This document shows, piece by piece, positions 22,672 to 36,980 of a DNA stretch of 64,000 nt. The stretch spans positions 314-64,313 of the forward strand of contig CAWEBB010000026.1 in NCBI GenBank assembly GCA_963807085.1, in the 5' to 3' direction. The stretch comes from an uncultured Alphaproteobacteria bacterium (GTDB taxonomy: Bacteria; Pseudomonadota; Alphaproteobacteria; Bin95). The stretch's first letter is position 1. The number at the start of each line of letters is the position of its first letter. Below the pieces are notes generated by a model. It was not told the origin of the DNA. It searched no databases and was given only the letters and a program-made list of their open reading frames with translations. The translations under genes were made by a program, and so were the position numbers.

Positions 22672-23862
22672 TTACTCAATAATGTTCGCGACGACGCCGG
22701 CGCCGACGGTGCGGCCGCCTTCGCGGATGGCAAAGCGCAGGCCTTCGTCCATCGCGATCGGCGCGATCAGGTTCACCGTCATCGCGATGTTGTCGCCCGG
22801 CATCACCATCTCCGTGCCTTCCGGCAACTCAACCGTCCCCGTCACGTCCGTCGTGCGGAAGTAAAACTGCGGCCGGTAGTTCGAGAAAAACGGCGTGTGA
22901 CGACCGCCTTCCTCTTTCGTCAGCACGTAGCATTCGCACTTGAACTTGGTGTGCGGCGTGATCGAGCCGGGCTTGGCCAGCACCTGGCCGCGCTCCACGT
23001 CCTCGCGCCCGATGCCGCGCAACAGGCAGCCCACATTGTCGCCCGCCTGGCCCTGATCCAAGAGCTTGCGGAACATCTCGACGCCCGTCACCGTCGTCTT
23101 GCGCGTGTCGCGGATGCCGACGATCTCGACCTCCTCGTTCACCTTCACCACGCCCTGCTCGACCCGGCCCGTCACCACCGTGCCCCGACCCGAAATCGAG
23201 AACACGTCCTCGATCGGCATCAGGAACGGACGGTCCACCGGGCGATCCGGCTGCGGAATGTAGTCGTCCACCGCCTTCATCAGCTCCAGAATGGCGTCGT
23301 GGCCGATCTCCGGCGTCTTGTCTTCGAGCGCCGCCAGCGCCGAGCCCTTCACGATCGGAATGTCGTCGCCCGGAAAGTCATAGGACGACAGCAGCTCGCG
23401 CACCTCGAGCTCCACCAGCTCCAGCAGTTCCTCGTCGTCCACCTGGTCGACCTTGTTCAGGAACACCACCAGCGCCGGCACGCCCACCTGACGCGCCAGC
23501 AGAATGTGCTCGCGCGTCTGCGGCATCGGGCCGTCGGCCGCCGAGACCACCAGAATGGCGCCATCCATCTGCGCCGCACCCGTGATCATGTTCTTCACAT
23601 AGTCGGCATGGCCGGGGCAATCCACATGCGCGTAGTGACGGTTCTCGGTCTCGTATTCCACATGCGCGGTCGAGATCGTGATGCCGCGCGCCTTCTCTTC
23701 CGGCGCCCGGTCGATGCTGTCATACGCCTGAAACTCGGCGCCGCCGGTTTCCGCCAGCACCTTCGTAATCGCCGCCGTCAACGACGTCTTGCCATGATCG
23801 ACATGGCCAATCGTCCCGATGTTGCAGTGCGGCTTATTACGCTCGAACTTTGCCTTCGCCAT
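22672..23862 (-). CDS. tuf: Elongation factor Tu
   Basis: 396 aa; [33 protein letters not shown]... full GTPase motifs. Confidence 0.97.
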   Translation of the reverse strand: MAKAKFERNKPHCNIGTIGHVDHGKTSLTAAITKVLAETGGAEFQAYDSIDRAPEEKARGITISTAHVEYETENRHYAHVDCPGHADYVKNMITGAAQMDGAILVVSAADGPMPQTREHILLARQVGVPALVVFLNKVDQVDDEELLELVELEVRELLSSYDFPGDDIPIVKGSALAALEDKTPEIGHDAILELMKAVDDYIPQPDRPVDRPFLMPIEDVFSISGRGTVVTGRVEQGVVKVNEEVEIVGIRDTRKTTVTGVEMFRKLLDQGQAGDNVGCLLRGIGREDVERGQVLAKPGSITPHTKFKCECYVLTKEEGGRHTPFFSNYRPQFYFRTTDVTGTVELPEGTEMVMPGDNIAMTVNLIAPIAMDEGLRFAIREGGRTVGAGVVANIIE

Positions 23863-23891
23863 CTGTATTCACTCCAAGCGCGATGTTTCGG

Positions 23892-25973
<2,082 letters not shown>

Positions 25974-25995
25974 AACTTTCAGGCCCTCTTCAGAA

Positions 25996-26484
<489 letters not shown>

Positions 26485-26856
26485 TTATTTCGGACGCTTC
26501 GCGCCATATTTCGAACGGCGCTGGCGGCGGTTGGCGACACCTTGGGTATCGAGGACGCCGCGCACGGTGTGATAACGAACACCCGGCAAATCCTTCACGC
26601 GGCCGCCGCGGATCAGCACCACCGAGTGCTCCTGCAGGTTATGGCCTTCGCCCGGGATATAGCTGCTGACCTCATAGCCGTTGGTCAGGCGAACACGCGC
26701 GACCTTCCGAAGCGCCGAGTTCGGCTTCTTCGGTGTCGTCGTATAGACGCGCGTGCACACACCCCGCCGCTGCGGGCAGGCTTCCAGAGCTGGCACCTTG
26801 TTTCGTGCCTTTTGCAGGACCCGCGGATTGCGGATCAACTGATTGATGGTGGGCAT
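26485..26856 (-). CDS. rpsL: 30S ribosomal protein S12
   Basis: 123 aa; [12 protein letters not shown]...[19 protein letters not shown]. Confidence 0.97.
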   Translation of the reverse strand: MPTINQLIRNPRVLQKARNKVPALEACPQRRGVCTRVYTTTPKKPNSALRKVARVRLTNGYEVSSYIPGEGHNLQEHSVVLIRGGRVKDLPGVRYHTVRGVLDTQGVANRRQRRSKYGAKRPK

Positions 26857-27302
26857 TCTCTATATCGCCTCGTAGCCAATCACGTCAGTCGCCAATTCGA
26901 ACTCACGTAGCGGCCCCAATGGAGCCATTGTCATTCCCGCGGCCCCTTTGGAGCCATTTTCCTTCTCGACGGTAAGCCGGCGCAGGTCCGAACCTGGAAG
27001 CCGCCTTGCCCGTTTCACCCTTGCCCGTTTCACAATGCAAACATGGCGGTTGCCGTTACCGGCGTCCGCCAAGGCTCTGTGGGACGTGGGGTTTTCGTCC
27101 GGTCGCCGGTGCTGCGCTATCGGGTGCAGCGGTCGATGATCGGAAGACGCAGCGTATAGGCAAAGCCTACTGCCAAACGCCCTGTGTCGAGAGGGCCGTG
27201 GATTACTCTTCTCCCCCGCTCGCGTCAACACCCAATCGGAAGAAATACGCCGCGCCCCCGGTTGTCGCTTCGGTCTTGGGTCGGTTTTTGCTTATGGCGC
27301 GA
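26857..27302 (-). promoter_or_regulatory. str-operon promoter/leader region upstream of rpsL
   Basis: 446-nt non-coding region. Exact 15-nt tandem direct repeat ccttgcccgtttcac x2 at 27004-27033, plus repeated tggagccatt motifs at ~26909 and ~26947. Confidence 0.4.
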
Positions 27303-28969
<1,667 letters not shown>

Positions 28970-28973
<4 letters not shown>

Positions 28974-29991
28974 TTCCTGGGATCGAACGCGTCACGTACT
29001 GCTTCGCCGACGAATACCAGCAGGGTCAGCAGCACGGCGATGGTGACGAAAGCCGGTCAGGCCCAGCCAGGGCGCCTGGAGGTTGGCTTTGCCCTGGGCC
29101 AGCAACTCGCCCAGCGAGGGCGAGCCGGGCGGCAGGCCGAAGCCCAGAAAATCCAGGCCGTAAGGCTGGTGATGCCGCCAGCAAGGAGAACGGCAGAAAG
29201 GTGAGGGTGGCCACCATGGCATTGGGCAGCACGTGCCGGAAAATGATGGTGCAGGTCTCGCACACCCAGCGCCCGCGCGGCCCGGACATAGTCGAAATTG
29301 CGGGCACGCAGGAATTCCGCCCGCACCACGTCCACCAAGCCCCATCCAGCCGAACAGCAGCATGATGCCCAGAATGCTACCAAAAACCCGGTTGCACGAT
29401 CACGCTCGCCAGGATGATCAGCAGTAAAAAGGGTCGGCAGGCTCGCCCAAATCTCGATGAACCGCTGCCCCAGCAGGTCGAACCAGCCGCCGTAGAAGCC
29501 TTGCAACGCTCCGGCGCCCACGCCGACCAGGGAGCTCAACGCGGTCAGGGTCAGACCGAAAATGACCGAAATCCGGAAGCCGTAAATAAGGTTGGCGACC
29601 ACATCCCGGCCCTGGTCGTCGGTGCCGAGCCAATGTCGGCGCCGGGCGGCGACGGCGCGGGCTCTGTCAAGTCGCACTTGACGGTGGAATAGCTGTAGGG
29701 AACGGGCGGCCAGAGCATCCAGCCCTTCTCGGCGATCCTTTCCCCGCACATAAGGGTCACGGTAGTCGGCCTCGGTCAGGAACTCGCCGCCGAATTCCGT
29801 TTCCGGATAGCCTTCAAAGATCGGCAAATAGGCTGCGCCATCATACCAGACCAGCCCGGTTTGTCGTTCGACAGAAACTCGGCGAGCAGGCTGAGGCCGA
29901 ACAGGAAGACGAACAGCCAAAACGACCAATAGCCTCGCCGGTTCGCCTTGAAGTTGGCGAGCCGCCGCGCGGTCAGGGGAGACAGCGCCAC
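28970..29991 (-). pseudogene. yejE: YejE-type ABC permease, at least 6 frameshifts
   Basis: YejE-like blocks lie in four different frames: RRGYWSFWLFVFLFGLSLLAEF...; WYDGAAYLPIFEGYPETEFGGEFLTEADYRDP; EKGWMLWPPVPYSYS; LGTDDQGRDVVANLIYGFRISVIFGLTL...GALQGFYGGWFDLLGQRFIE; VVRAEFLRARNFDYVRAARALG; HVLPNAMVATLTFLPF; LDFLGFGLPPGSPSLGELLAQGKANLQAPWLG; ...[15 protein letters not shown] stop. Confidence 0.7.
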
Positions 29992-31117
29992 GCTTACGCC
30001 CCCCGCGTTTCGAAGTCGATGCGCGGGTCAATCACCACATACATCATGTCGCTCGATCAGGTTCATAACCAGTCCCATCAGGCCGAACACATACATGGTG
30101 GCGAACATCACCGGATAGTCACGATTCAGCGTCGGATTCGAAACCCAGCAGCCCCAGGCCATCGAGCGAAAAGATGGTCTCGATAAAGACGGACGCACCG
30201 AACAGAATGCCCACGAACGCGGCCGGAAACCCCGCCACGACCAGCAACATGGAATTGCGGAAGACATGGCCCCACAGCACCCGGCTCTCGGTCAGGCCCT
30301 TCGCGCGCGCCGTCACCACATATTGCTGGGATATCTGGTCGAGGAAACTGTTCTTGGTCAAGAGGGTGAGCGTTGCAAACGCGCCGATCATCATCGCGGC
30401 CAAGGGCAGCGTCAGGTGCCAAAAATAGTCGAGGATCTGCTCGCCCAGGCTCATCTGATCGAATCCCGGCGAAGTCAGCCCGCGCAAGGGAAACCAGTCA
30501 TAATAGTTGCCGCCCGCGAACAGGACGAGCAGCAGGATCGCAAACACAAAGCTGGGAATGGCGTTGCCGACGATAATCGCCCCGCTGGTCCATATGTCGA
30601 AACGCGAGCCATCCCGTACCGCCTTGGCGATGCCAAGCGGAATGCAGATCAGATAGGTGAGAAAGGTCGTCCAGAAACCCAGCGTGAGCGAGACCGGCAT
30701 CTTGTCAATCACCAGTTCGACCACGGTTTGGTCCCGGTAAAAACTCGTGCCGAAATCGAAGGTCAGGTAGCTGGTCATCATCTGCAAGAACCGTTCATGC
30801 ATCGGCTTGTCGAAGCCGTACTGCTGTTCCAGCTCCTTGATGAACTCGGGATCCAGTCCCTGTGCCCCGCGGTAGGCCGAGCTCGAACCGCTGTCGGATG
30901 CCCCCCGAGCCTGGCCGCTTCCCTGACCGCCGGCGAAATCACCGCCCCCCTGCGTGACACGCCCGATGGCACCGCCGCCCTCGCCGGTCAGGTTGGCAAT
31001 GGCCTGCTCCACCGGCCCGCCCGGGGCGACCTGGATCACCACGAAATTGATCACCATGATCCCGAACAGCGTCGGGATGATGAGCAACAGGCGGCGGATG
31101 ATATAGGCCAGCATCAA
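29984..31117 (-). CDS. yejB: YejB-type ABC permease, intact except for a frameshift ~15 codons before the stop
   Basis: 332-aa ORF (MMLAYIIRRLLLIIPTLFGIMVINF...). The last conserved stretch MYVVIDPRIDFETRGA is in another frame (30028..30267 ORF). Start overlaps the yejA stop (ATGA). Confidence 0.75.
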
Positions 31118-32982
31118 TTCACCATCCCGCTGCGGGCGCGTCGCAGCGCTTCCGCCTTTTCTTCATCCCACCACCACATGGAAATGTCCGTACCCATGCG
31201 AGGTATCACTGCAGGGTAGCTGAACTTGTCCCAATAGAGGATACGATCTACCGAAAGATACCAGTTCGGCACGACGAAGTGATGGGATAACAAAACCCGG
31301 TCCAGGGCTCGTGTGCGCGTCACCAGCACCTGCCGGGTCGGGGCGGCGATCAGCTTTTGGACCAGAACGTCCACCACAGGGTCTTTCAGCCCGGCATAAT
31401 TCCGGGAAGACGGCTGATCGGCCGCTTCGCTCGTCCAATAGCTGCGTTGCTCGTTCCCCGGCAAATCGCTCTGTCCCCAACCGAGCGAGATCATGTCATA
31501 GTCTCGTGCCCGAATGCGGTTGATGTACTGGGCATCGTCCACCTCGCGGATTATCATATCGATGCCGAGCCGCCGCAGATTGCGCTGAAACGGCAGCACC
31601 ACCCGCCGGAACGCGCCGCCCGCCCGCAGCAGCATTTCGAAGCGCAGTTGGCGGCCTGTTTCCGCATCGACCATTTTCAGGTCTCTTACCTCGTAACCTG
31701 CCTCGAACAGCAGGGCGAACGCCTTGCGCAAATTGTCCCGCGGCCAGCCGCTGCCGTCGGTCACCGGCGGTTCGGGCGGCGGGCCGAACACCTCGGACGA
31801 AAGCCGGTCCCGATAAGGCTCGAGCAATTCCAGCTCTTCCGGCGACGGCGGCCCCGAGGCGGCCAGTTCCGAGTTCGAGAACAAACTGGTCGACCTTGTG
31901 TACTGCCCGAAAAACAGGTTCTCGTTCGTCCATTCAAAATCGAAGGCCAGCGCAATGGCCTTGCGCACCCGTATATCGGCGAAAACGGACCGCCGCAGGT
32001 TCATGACGAACGCCTGCATGCCCGCCGGGCGTTCGTGGGGAATCGCCTCTTTCTTCAGCCATCCGTTGCGCACCGCCTCGATGTTGTAGTCCTGCGCCCA
32101 GGCCTTGGCCTGGTTTTCCATGTAGAAGTCGATATCGCCTGCCTTTACCGCCTCGCGGATAACGGTCGGATCCCGGTAGTAGTCGTAGCGGATCCGGTCG
32201 AAATTGTTCTGGCCCCGGTTCACGTTCAGGTCCTTGCCCCAATAATCTTCCACCCGTTCGAGCACGACATAGCGGCCGGGCTCGAAGTTAGCTACCTTGT
32301 ACGGGCCGGAGCCGAGGGGCGGCTCCAGCGTCGTCTTGGTGAAGTCCCGGTCCTCCCAATAATGTTTCGGAAGCACCGGCAATTGGCCCAGGATCAGGGG
32401 AAGTTCGCGGTTTTCGCCCCCCTGAAAGCGGAAGGTCACGTCGCGCTCCCCGGTCACCTCCGCCGACGCGACGCTGCCATAGTAGAAGCGATAGAAGGGC
32501 TGTCCCTTCTCTTTCAGAGTGTTGAGCGAAAAGACCACGTCTTCCGGCGTGATTGGCCTGCCGTCGTGCCAGCGGGCCTTGGGGTTCAGGTGAAACGTGA
32601 TCCAGGAGCGGTCTTCCGGATAGGTCATCAATTCAGCGATCAGGCCGTATTCGGTAAACGGCTCGTCCGCGCTGGCGGTCAGCAGCGTTTCGGTGGTACT
32701 GCCGGCGCCCGCCGGGTTCCCTTTCGGAATATAGGGGTTGAAGCTGTCGAAGGTGCCGCTCGCCGACATATGCATCGTCCCTGCCTTGGGCGCGTTCGGA
32801 TCGACATAGTCGAAATGCGGAAAACCCGCCGGGTATTTGGGTTCGCCATGCATTGCGATGGCGTGCGCCCGCTCGATCAGTTTCTGTTCGGCCGACGCCA
32901 GCGATGGCATTGCCATGCCGGCCGTGACGACCCAGGCCAACGCCAACCACAATGCCGCCATGCGGGGAACCTGCCGCGTCAC
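31114..32982 (-). CDS. yejA: YejA-type family-5 periplasmic substrate-binding protein of the ABC importer
   Basis: 622 aa with signal peptide (MAALWLALAWVVTAGMAMPSLASA), ~600-aa SBP_bac_5 size; first gene of the yejABEF-like operon. Intact. Confidence 0.8.
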   Translation of the reverse strand: MTRQVPRMAALWLALAWVVTAGMAMPSLASAEQKLIERAHAIAMHGEPKYPAGFPHFDYVDPNAPKAGTMHMSASGTFDSFNPYIPKGNPAGAGSTTETLLTASADEPFTEYGLIAELMTYPEDRSWITFHLNPKARWHDGRPITPEDVVFSLNTLKEKGQPFYRFYYGSVASAEVTGERDVTFRFQGGENRELPLILGQLPVLPKHYWEDRDFTKTTLEPPLGSGPYKVANFEPGRYVVLERVEDYWGKDLNVNRGQNNFDRIRYDYYRDPTVIREAVKAGDIDFYMENQAKAWAQDYNIEAVRNGWLKKEAIPHERPAGMQAFVMNLRRSVFADIRVRKAIALAFDFEWTNENLFFGQYTRSTSLFSNSELAASGPPSPEELELLEPYRDRLSSEVFGPPPEPPVTDGSGWPRDNLRKAFALLFEAGYEVRDLKMVDAETGRQLRFEMLLRAGGAFRRVVLPFQRNLRRLGIDMIIREVDDAQYINRIRARDYDMISLGWGQSDLPGNEQRSYWTSEAADQPSSRNYAGLKDPVVDVLVQKLIAAPTRQVLVTRTRALDRVLLSHHFVVPNWYLSVDRILYWDKFSYPAVIPRMGTDISMWWWDEEKAEALRRARSGMVN

Positions 32983-33147
32983 GGGCTTATGACCGGAACG
33001 CCGGGAAATGGGGCGTCGGCACTATCAATGCCCGAGGCGCGGTTTCCGTCATGCAAGCTCCAGACCGGATTGATCCCGTCGTCGTTGTCGCTCGTTCAGG
33101 GCTGTTTGTGCGGGAATTAGTGTTACGCTCAAATTTCTTTTGCCAAA

Positions 33148-33927
33148 TCACTTTTGCGAAAGTAGCGTCACCGCCTGTTCGTGTACACGCGCATCGCCCG
33201 CCGCAATCACCGTGCCATCGCTCTCCAGGCCGAGCCGCCGGCCCGCCCAATCCGTGATCAGCCCGCCCGCCCCTTGAACCACCGGCGCGAGCGCCATGAA
33301 ATCATAGGTCTGCATGCCTGCCTCGATCGTGGCGTCCACACAACCGGAGGCGACCAATGCGTAGCCATAGCAATCGCCGCCATAGTTGCACCCGGCCGAA
33401 GCGCTGCGCACGCGCTCGAACGCGGCAATCTGCGGACCGGCAAACATATCGGGCGACGTGGTGTTGATCCAGGCCTGCGCGAGGCTGTCACAGGTTCGTG
33501 TCTTTACGGGCGCACCGTTGAGCGTCGTGGCGCGGCCGACCACACCCACCCAGCGCTCGTCCAGGACCGGCATGTCGATCACACCCAGAACCGGCTCGCC
33601 CTTATAGGCCAGTCCGATCAGCGTGCCGAACGTGGGCTTCCCCACGACGAAGGCGCGGGTGCCGTCCAGCGGGTCCAAAATCCAGACGAAATCGGCGTCG
33701 GCACGTTCGCTGCCGTGCTCCTCGCCGATAATGCCGTGCTCGGGCGCCTCGCGGTTCAACAACCGCCGGATCGCGGCCTCGGCCTCCCGGTCCGCGCGCG
33801 TCACCGGCGATGCATCCCCCTTGCGAATCACATCCAGATCGGCGCGGAAATACCTGCGCAAAACAGGGCGGCTGAGATTTGCCGCCCTTTCTGCCAGATC
33901 GATCAAATCCTGGGGTATGGGGATCAT
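33148..33927 (-). CDS. Inositol monophosphatase family protein (possibly histidinol-phosphatase HisN-type)
   Basis: 259 aa with WILDPLDGTRAFVVGKPTFGTLIGL (IMPase DPxDGT motif) and a C-terminal GGDCYGYALVASG block. Confidence 0.8.
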   Translation of the reverse strand: MIPIPQDLIDLAERAANLSRPVLRRYFRADLDVIRKGDASPVTRADREAEAAIRRLLNREAPEHGIIGEEHGSERADADFVWILDPLDGTRAFVVGKPTFGTLIGLAYKGEPVLGVIDMPVLDERWVGVVGRATTLNGAPVKTRTCDSLAQAWINTTSPDMFAGPQIAAFERVRSASAGCNYGGDCYGYALVASGCVDATIEAGMQTYDFMALAPVVQGAGGLITDWAGRRLGLESDGTVIAAGDARVHEQAVTLLSQK

Positions 33928-33971
33928 GCCTGCCTCTCTGCCTGACCGCCTCTCCGGCTGGCCGCGCTGGC

Positions 33972-34733
33972 TTACTGCTGGGCCGGCTGCGCTGCGCCTT
34001 CCGCGTTCGGCGGCTTTTCCGTACCTTCGGCGTTCGGCGGCTTTTCCGTACCTTCGGCGTTCGGCTGCTCTTGTGCACCTTCGGCGTTAGGCTGCTCTTG
34101 TGCACCTTCGGCGTTAGGCTGCTCTTGCGCGCCTTCGGCCTTCGGCGCCTCTTGCGCACCTTCGGCCTTGGGCGCCTCTTCCGCGCCTTCGGCGGCCGGC
34201 TCCGGCAGGGGCGGCGGGTTTTCAGTGTGCGAGCGCAGAAAGGCGATTACGTCCGCCCGGTCTTCCGGTTTTTTCAGGCCGACAAACGACATTTTCGTGC
34301 CCGGAACGTCGTTCCGCGGATCGTAGAGAAATTTGTTCAGTTCCTCATAGGTCCAGGTGCCGCCCAACTCCTGGAAAGCACCGGAATACGCGTAATCCTT
34401 CGTGCCGCGCTCGTGCCCTACTACATTCGCCAGGTTCGGGCCGACCTTGGTCGCCCCTCCCGCCTCGAACGTGTGGCAGGCCATGCATTTCTTCGCCACC
34501 TTCTCGCCATCCTCCACACTCGCATCGGCCATGAATACGGCGATCGGCTTCGGTCCGGCGGGCTCGGAGCTGTCCGTCGGCGCTGTGGGCGCAAGGTCGG
34601 CAAAAAGGTTGGGGCCTTCTCCGTGGGTGTCGTGGCTCGGGATCAATATCCGAGCGACAAGACCCAACAACATCGCAAGGACGCCGGCGGTCAGCACCGC
34701 GGCCGCGATCTTGTTGAACTCCAGGGTATGCAT
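33972..34733 (-). CDS. Membrane-anchored class I cytochrome c with repetitive Ala/Glu/Pro-rich C-terminal tail
   Basis: N-terminal TM helix (AAAVLTAGVLAMLLGLVARILI), heme-binding CMACH, and a tail of ~7 nonapeptide repeats PKAEGAQEA/PNAEGAQEQ/PNAEGTEKP. Confidence 0.8.
   Translation of the reverse strand: MHTLEFNKIAAAVLTAGVLAMLLGLVARILIPSHDTHGEGPNLFADLAPTAPTDSSEPAGPKPIAVFMADASVEDGEKVAKKCMACHTFEAGGATKVGPNLANVVGHERGTKDYAYSGAFQELGGTWTYEELNKFLYDPRNDVPGTKMSFVGLKKPEDRADVIAFLRSHTENPPPLPEPAAEGAEEAPKAEGAQEAPKAEGAQEQPNAEGAQEQPNAEGAQEQPNAEGTEKPPNAEGTEKPPNAEGAAQPAQQ
33990..34195. repeat. 27-bp tandem repeat (~7.5 copies) inside the cytochrome c gene
   Basis: Near-identical units cttcggcgttcggcggcttttccgtac / cttcggcgttaggctgctcttgtgcac on the plus strand, encoding the nonapeptide tail. 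Confidence 0.85.
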
Positions 34734-34965
34734 TTGCCAGCTTTCCTCACAATGGCGAGCGGGAGCATGCTTTCGTAGCGTGAGCGTGCTTTTTATAATG
34801 TAAGAGCACTAACGGCCAACCGGTCAGGGACGAATGCGGCTCAACGCCACTGCGGGAAAATCCGGGGCGCGCGACATCGACTTTGCGCAACCCCGGGCGC
34901 TAAACGTGCACCGTCAACCGCCTGCCTAGCTGTGAGATTGCAACAGGTTGTCCATTCGGACCTGA

Positions 34966-35289
34966 CCGAGGAGACTACGGTTACCAAGCTTCGCCATCGA
35001 CGACCATTCCCGCCTGTCGTTTACCCAAATCCAGCCTGACGAGAAAGCGGTCAGCGCCGTGCAACACCTGAAAGCGGCCATTGCCAGGTACCGGACCCTC
35101 GGCATCGCCGTCTCCGGCATCATGACCGACGGTTCCCGCCTGGTTCTTCCTCCGGAAACAGTCTGGGAGACGAGCGATCCGGGCAACGGCCAAGCCTGTG
35201 ATCGCCGGTTCCGGATCGCTTCCTCACGGGCTCGAAGGGGCCGCGGCAGCGACGACGCCAAGGGCTGGCTCGGAACTCATCGCCCTTAG
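34966..35289 (+). pseudogene. Possible IS481-family (rve-type) transposase fragment
   Basis: Stop-to-stop frame reads LPSFAIDDHSRLSFTQIQPDEKAVSAVQHLKAAIARYRTLGIAVSGIMTDGS. It resembles the IS481 DDE core (VAIDDHSRLAY...LPDEK...A..F......GI.V..V.TDNGS). There is no start codon and no flanking domains; only ~50 aa are recognisable. Confidence 0.4.
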
Positions 35290-35294
35290 ATCGA

Positions 35295-36248
35295 TCAGGC
35301 GCGGGGGTGTGCCTTACGATAGATATCGAGCAGGCGCGCCTCGTCGACGTCGGTATAGCGTTGGGTGGTGCTCAGCGAGGCGTGCCCCAAAAGCTCCTGG
35401 ATGGTGCGCAGATCGCCGCCCGCCCCCAGCAAGTGGCTGGCAAAGCTATGGCGCAGCGCATGCGGTGTCGCCCGCTCGTCCAGCCCCAGTAGCGGTCGCA
35501 ACGCCCGCAGGCGTTTTTGCACCATCCCCGGCGACAACCGCTTGCCGCGGGCCCCGACGAACAGCGGCCCCTCGCGCGTAAGGCCGAACGGGCAGGCGTC
35601 GAGGTAGGCGTGGGTCATGGCCGCCACCGTCGGAAGCATCGGCACCAGCCGTTCCTTCTGCCCCTTGCCCCGCACCCGGACGCTGCCGCCAAAGGGAAAT
35701 GCGCCGCGATCCAGGCCCAACGCCTCACCGATGCGCAACCCGCAGCCGTAGAGCAGGGAGAAAACCGCCTGGTCGCGCAGCCCGATCCAGCGCTCCTCAT
35801 GGTCGTCGGCCGTTTCGACCAACGCGGCGGCCTGCCGCACCTCCAGCGGGCGGGGGGCAGGTTTCGCCACCTTCGGCGAGCGCAGGGCGGAAAGCCCGCC
35901 AATGCCGACCTCCCCCTGCCGGCGCAGATAGCCGTCCAGGCTGCGCAAGGCCGAAACGCCCAGCGCCCGTGACCCTGCCGACTGGCCGCGGCGGTGCTGC
36001 GACGCCTGCCAGGCTCTCAGGTCGCTGACGCCCAACGCGCCGAGGTCGGAAAGGCCGGCGCCATGCCCCAGATGGTCAGCCAAGAACCTGCCGAAACCCA
36101 TCACATCGTGAGTATAGATCGCGACGGTTCGGGCCGACAGCCGCCGTTCGCCGCTCATCCAGCCCTGCCACCGGCGCACCGCCGCGGCGAGGTCGGGCGC
36201 GAACGGGGTCAGATCAGGCTCGGTTGGGGTTCGGAAAGGTTCAGCCAT
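35295..36248 (-). CDS. xerC: Tyrosine recombinase XerC
   Basis: 317 aa from the internal ATG at 36248 (MAEPFRTPTEPDL...). Contains the R..HxxR..Y box (ATPHALRHSFASHLL...LLGHASLSTTQRYT). The 528-aa track ORF is an upstream over-extension. Confidence 0.85.
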   Translation of the reverse strand: MAEPFRTPTEPDLTPFAPDLAAAVRRWQGWMSGERRLSARTVAIYTHDVMGFGRFLADHLGHGAGLSDLGALGVSDLRAWQASQHRRGQSAGSRALGVSALRSLDGYLRRQGEVGIGGLSALRSPKVAKPAPRPLEVRQAAALVETADDHEERWIGLRDQAVFSLLYGCGLRIGEALGLDRGAFPFGGSVRVRGKGQKERLVPMLPTVAAMTHAYLDACPFGLTREGPLFVGARGKRLSPGMVQKRLRALRPLLGLDERATPHALRHSFASHLLGAGGDLRTIQELLGHASLSTTQRYTDVDEARLLDIYRKAHPRA

Positions 36249-36976
36249 GCGCGGATCGTAACGGCCAGCGTGCTCGCGAGGAAGCGCAGCAGTTCGGTGT
36301 TTTGACGGGGATGGAAGCGCTCCGGCTCGCGCGAGGCGATCGCCAGCAAGCCGGGCGGTACGGTTTCGTGGATGGAAAGACGCAGCCAGACGACCGAACG
36401 GGCGAGGCCCGCCGCCCCGCCGAACATGGCGGGATCGGGCGGATCCAACGTGCCGATCACCCGGACGTCCTGCGAGCGTCCCAGGCGCGAATCCACATCG
36501 CCCCCCGCCAGCATGGTCAGCCCCGCCTTGACGCCCGGGATGGCCCGGTCCGGCGAGGATTCGATGCCCAGCATGACCACATCGGTGCCAAGCATCTCCG
36601 CCCAGTCTTCCACGACGGTCGCAATGGCGTGGCTGAAGGTCGGCGCGGCGAGCAAGGCCAGAACAGCCTTGTGAACGGCCTGCTGTGTCGCCTTGTTGGT
36701 CCGGCTTACCGACAGCAGTTCCCGGCTGGCACCCTTCAGTGCCTCCATCTCGCGGCGCTGACGGTCGACCAAGAAGCGCTGGAAATCCACGATGCCATGA
36801 CCTTGATCCTGTTCGGGCGGAGTCATCGCGAACAGCAGGTCGGGATTTTGGGCGAGAAAGTCCGGATGCTGGCGCAGCCACGCAGCAACCGCCTCTGCCG
36901 AAAGCGTCTCGGCAGGCGGCGCACGGCGGCGCTTCGGTTGCGGATTCTGCGGCACCTGCCCGCTCCTCCCTGTCAT
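36209..36976 (-). CDS. DUF484 (YigA-like) family protein
   Basis: 255 aa, sitting immediately upstream of xerC as in many proteobacteria. Start region overlaps the xerC start. Confidence 0.65.
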   Translation of the reverse strand: MTGRSGQVPQNPQPKRRRAPPAETLSAEAVAAWLRQHPDFLAQNPDLLFAMTPPEQDQGHGIVDFQRFLVDRQRREMEALKGASRELLSVSRTNKATQQAVHKAVLALLAAPTFSHAIATVVEDWAEMLGTDVVMLGIESSPDRAIPGVKAGLTMLAGGDVDSRLGRSQDVRVIGTLDPPDPAMFGGAAGLARSVVWLRLSIHETVPPGLLAIASREPERFHPRQNTELLRFLASTLAVTIRAWLNLSEPQPSLI

Positions 36977-36980
36977 CCGT

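Noticed and set aside
26860-27231. 123-aa minus ORF in the rpsL upstream region
   Set aside because: No homology features; sits in the expected promoter/leader of the str operon and overlaps repeat elements; likely non-coding.
36249-36881. N-terminal 211-aa extension of the xerC ORF (528-aa version)
   Set aside because: Overlaps the DUF484 gene in another frame; Arg/Gly-rich junk. XerC homologues start at MAEPFRTP...
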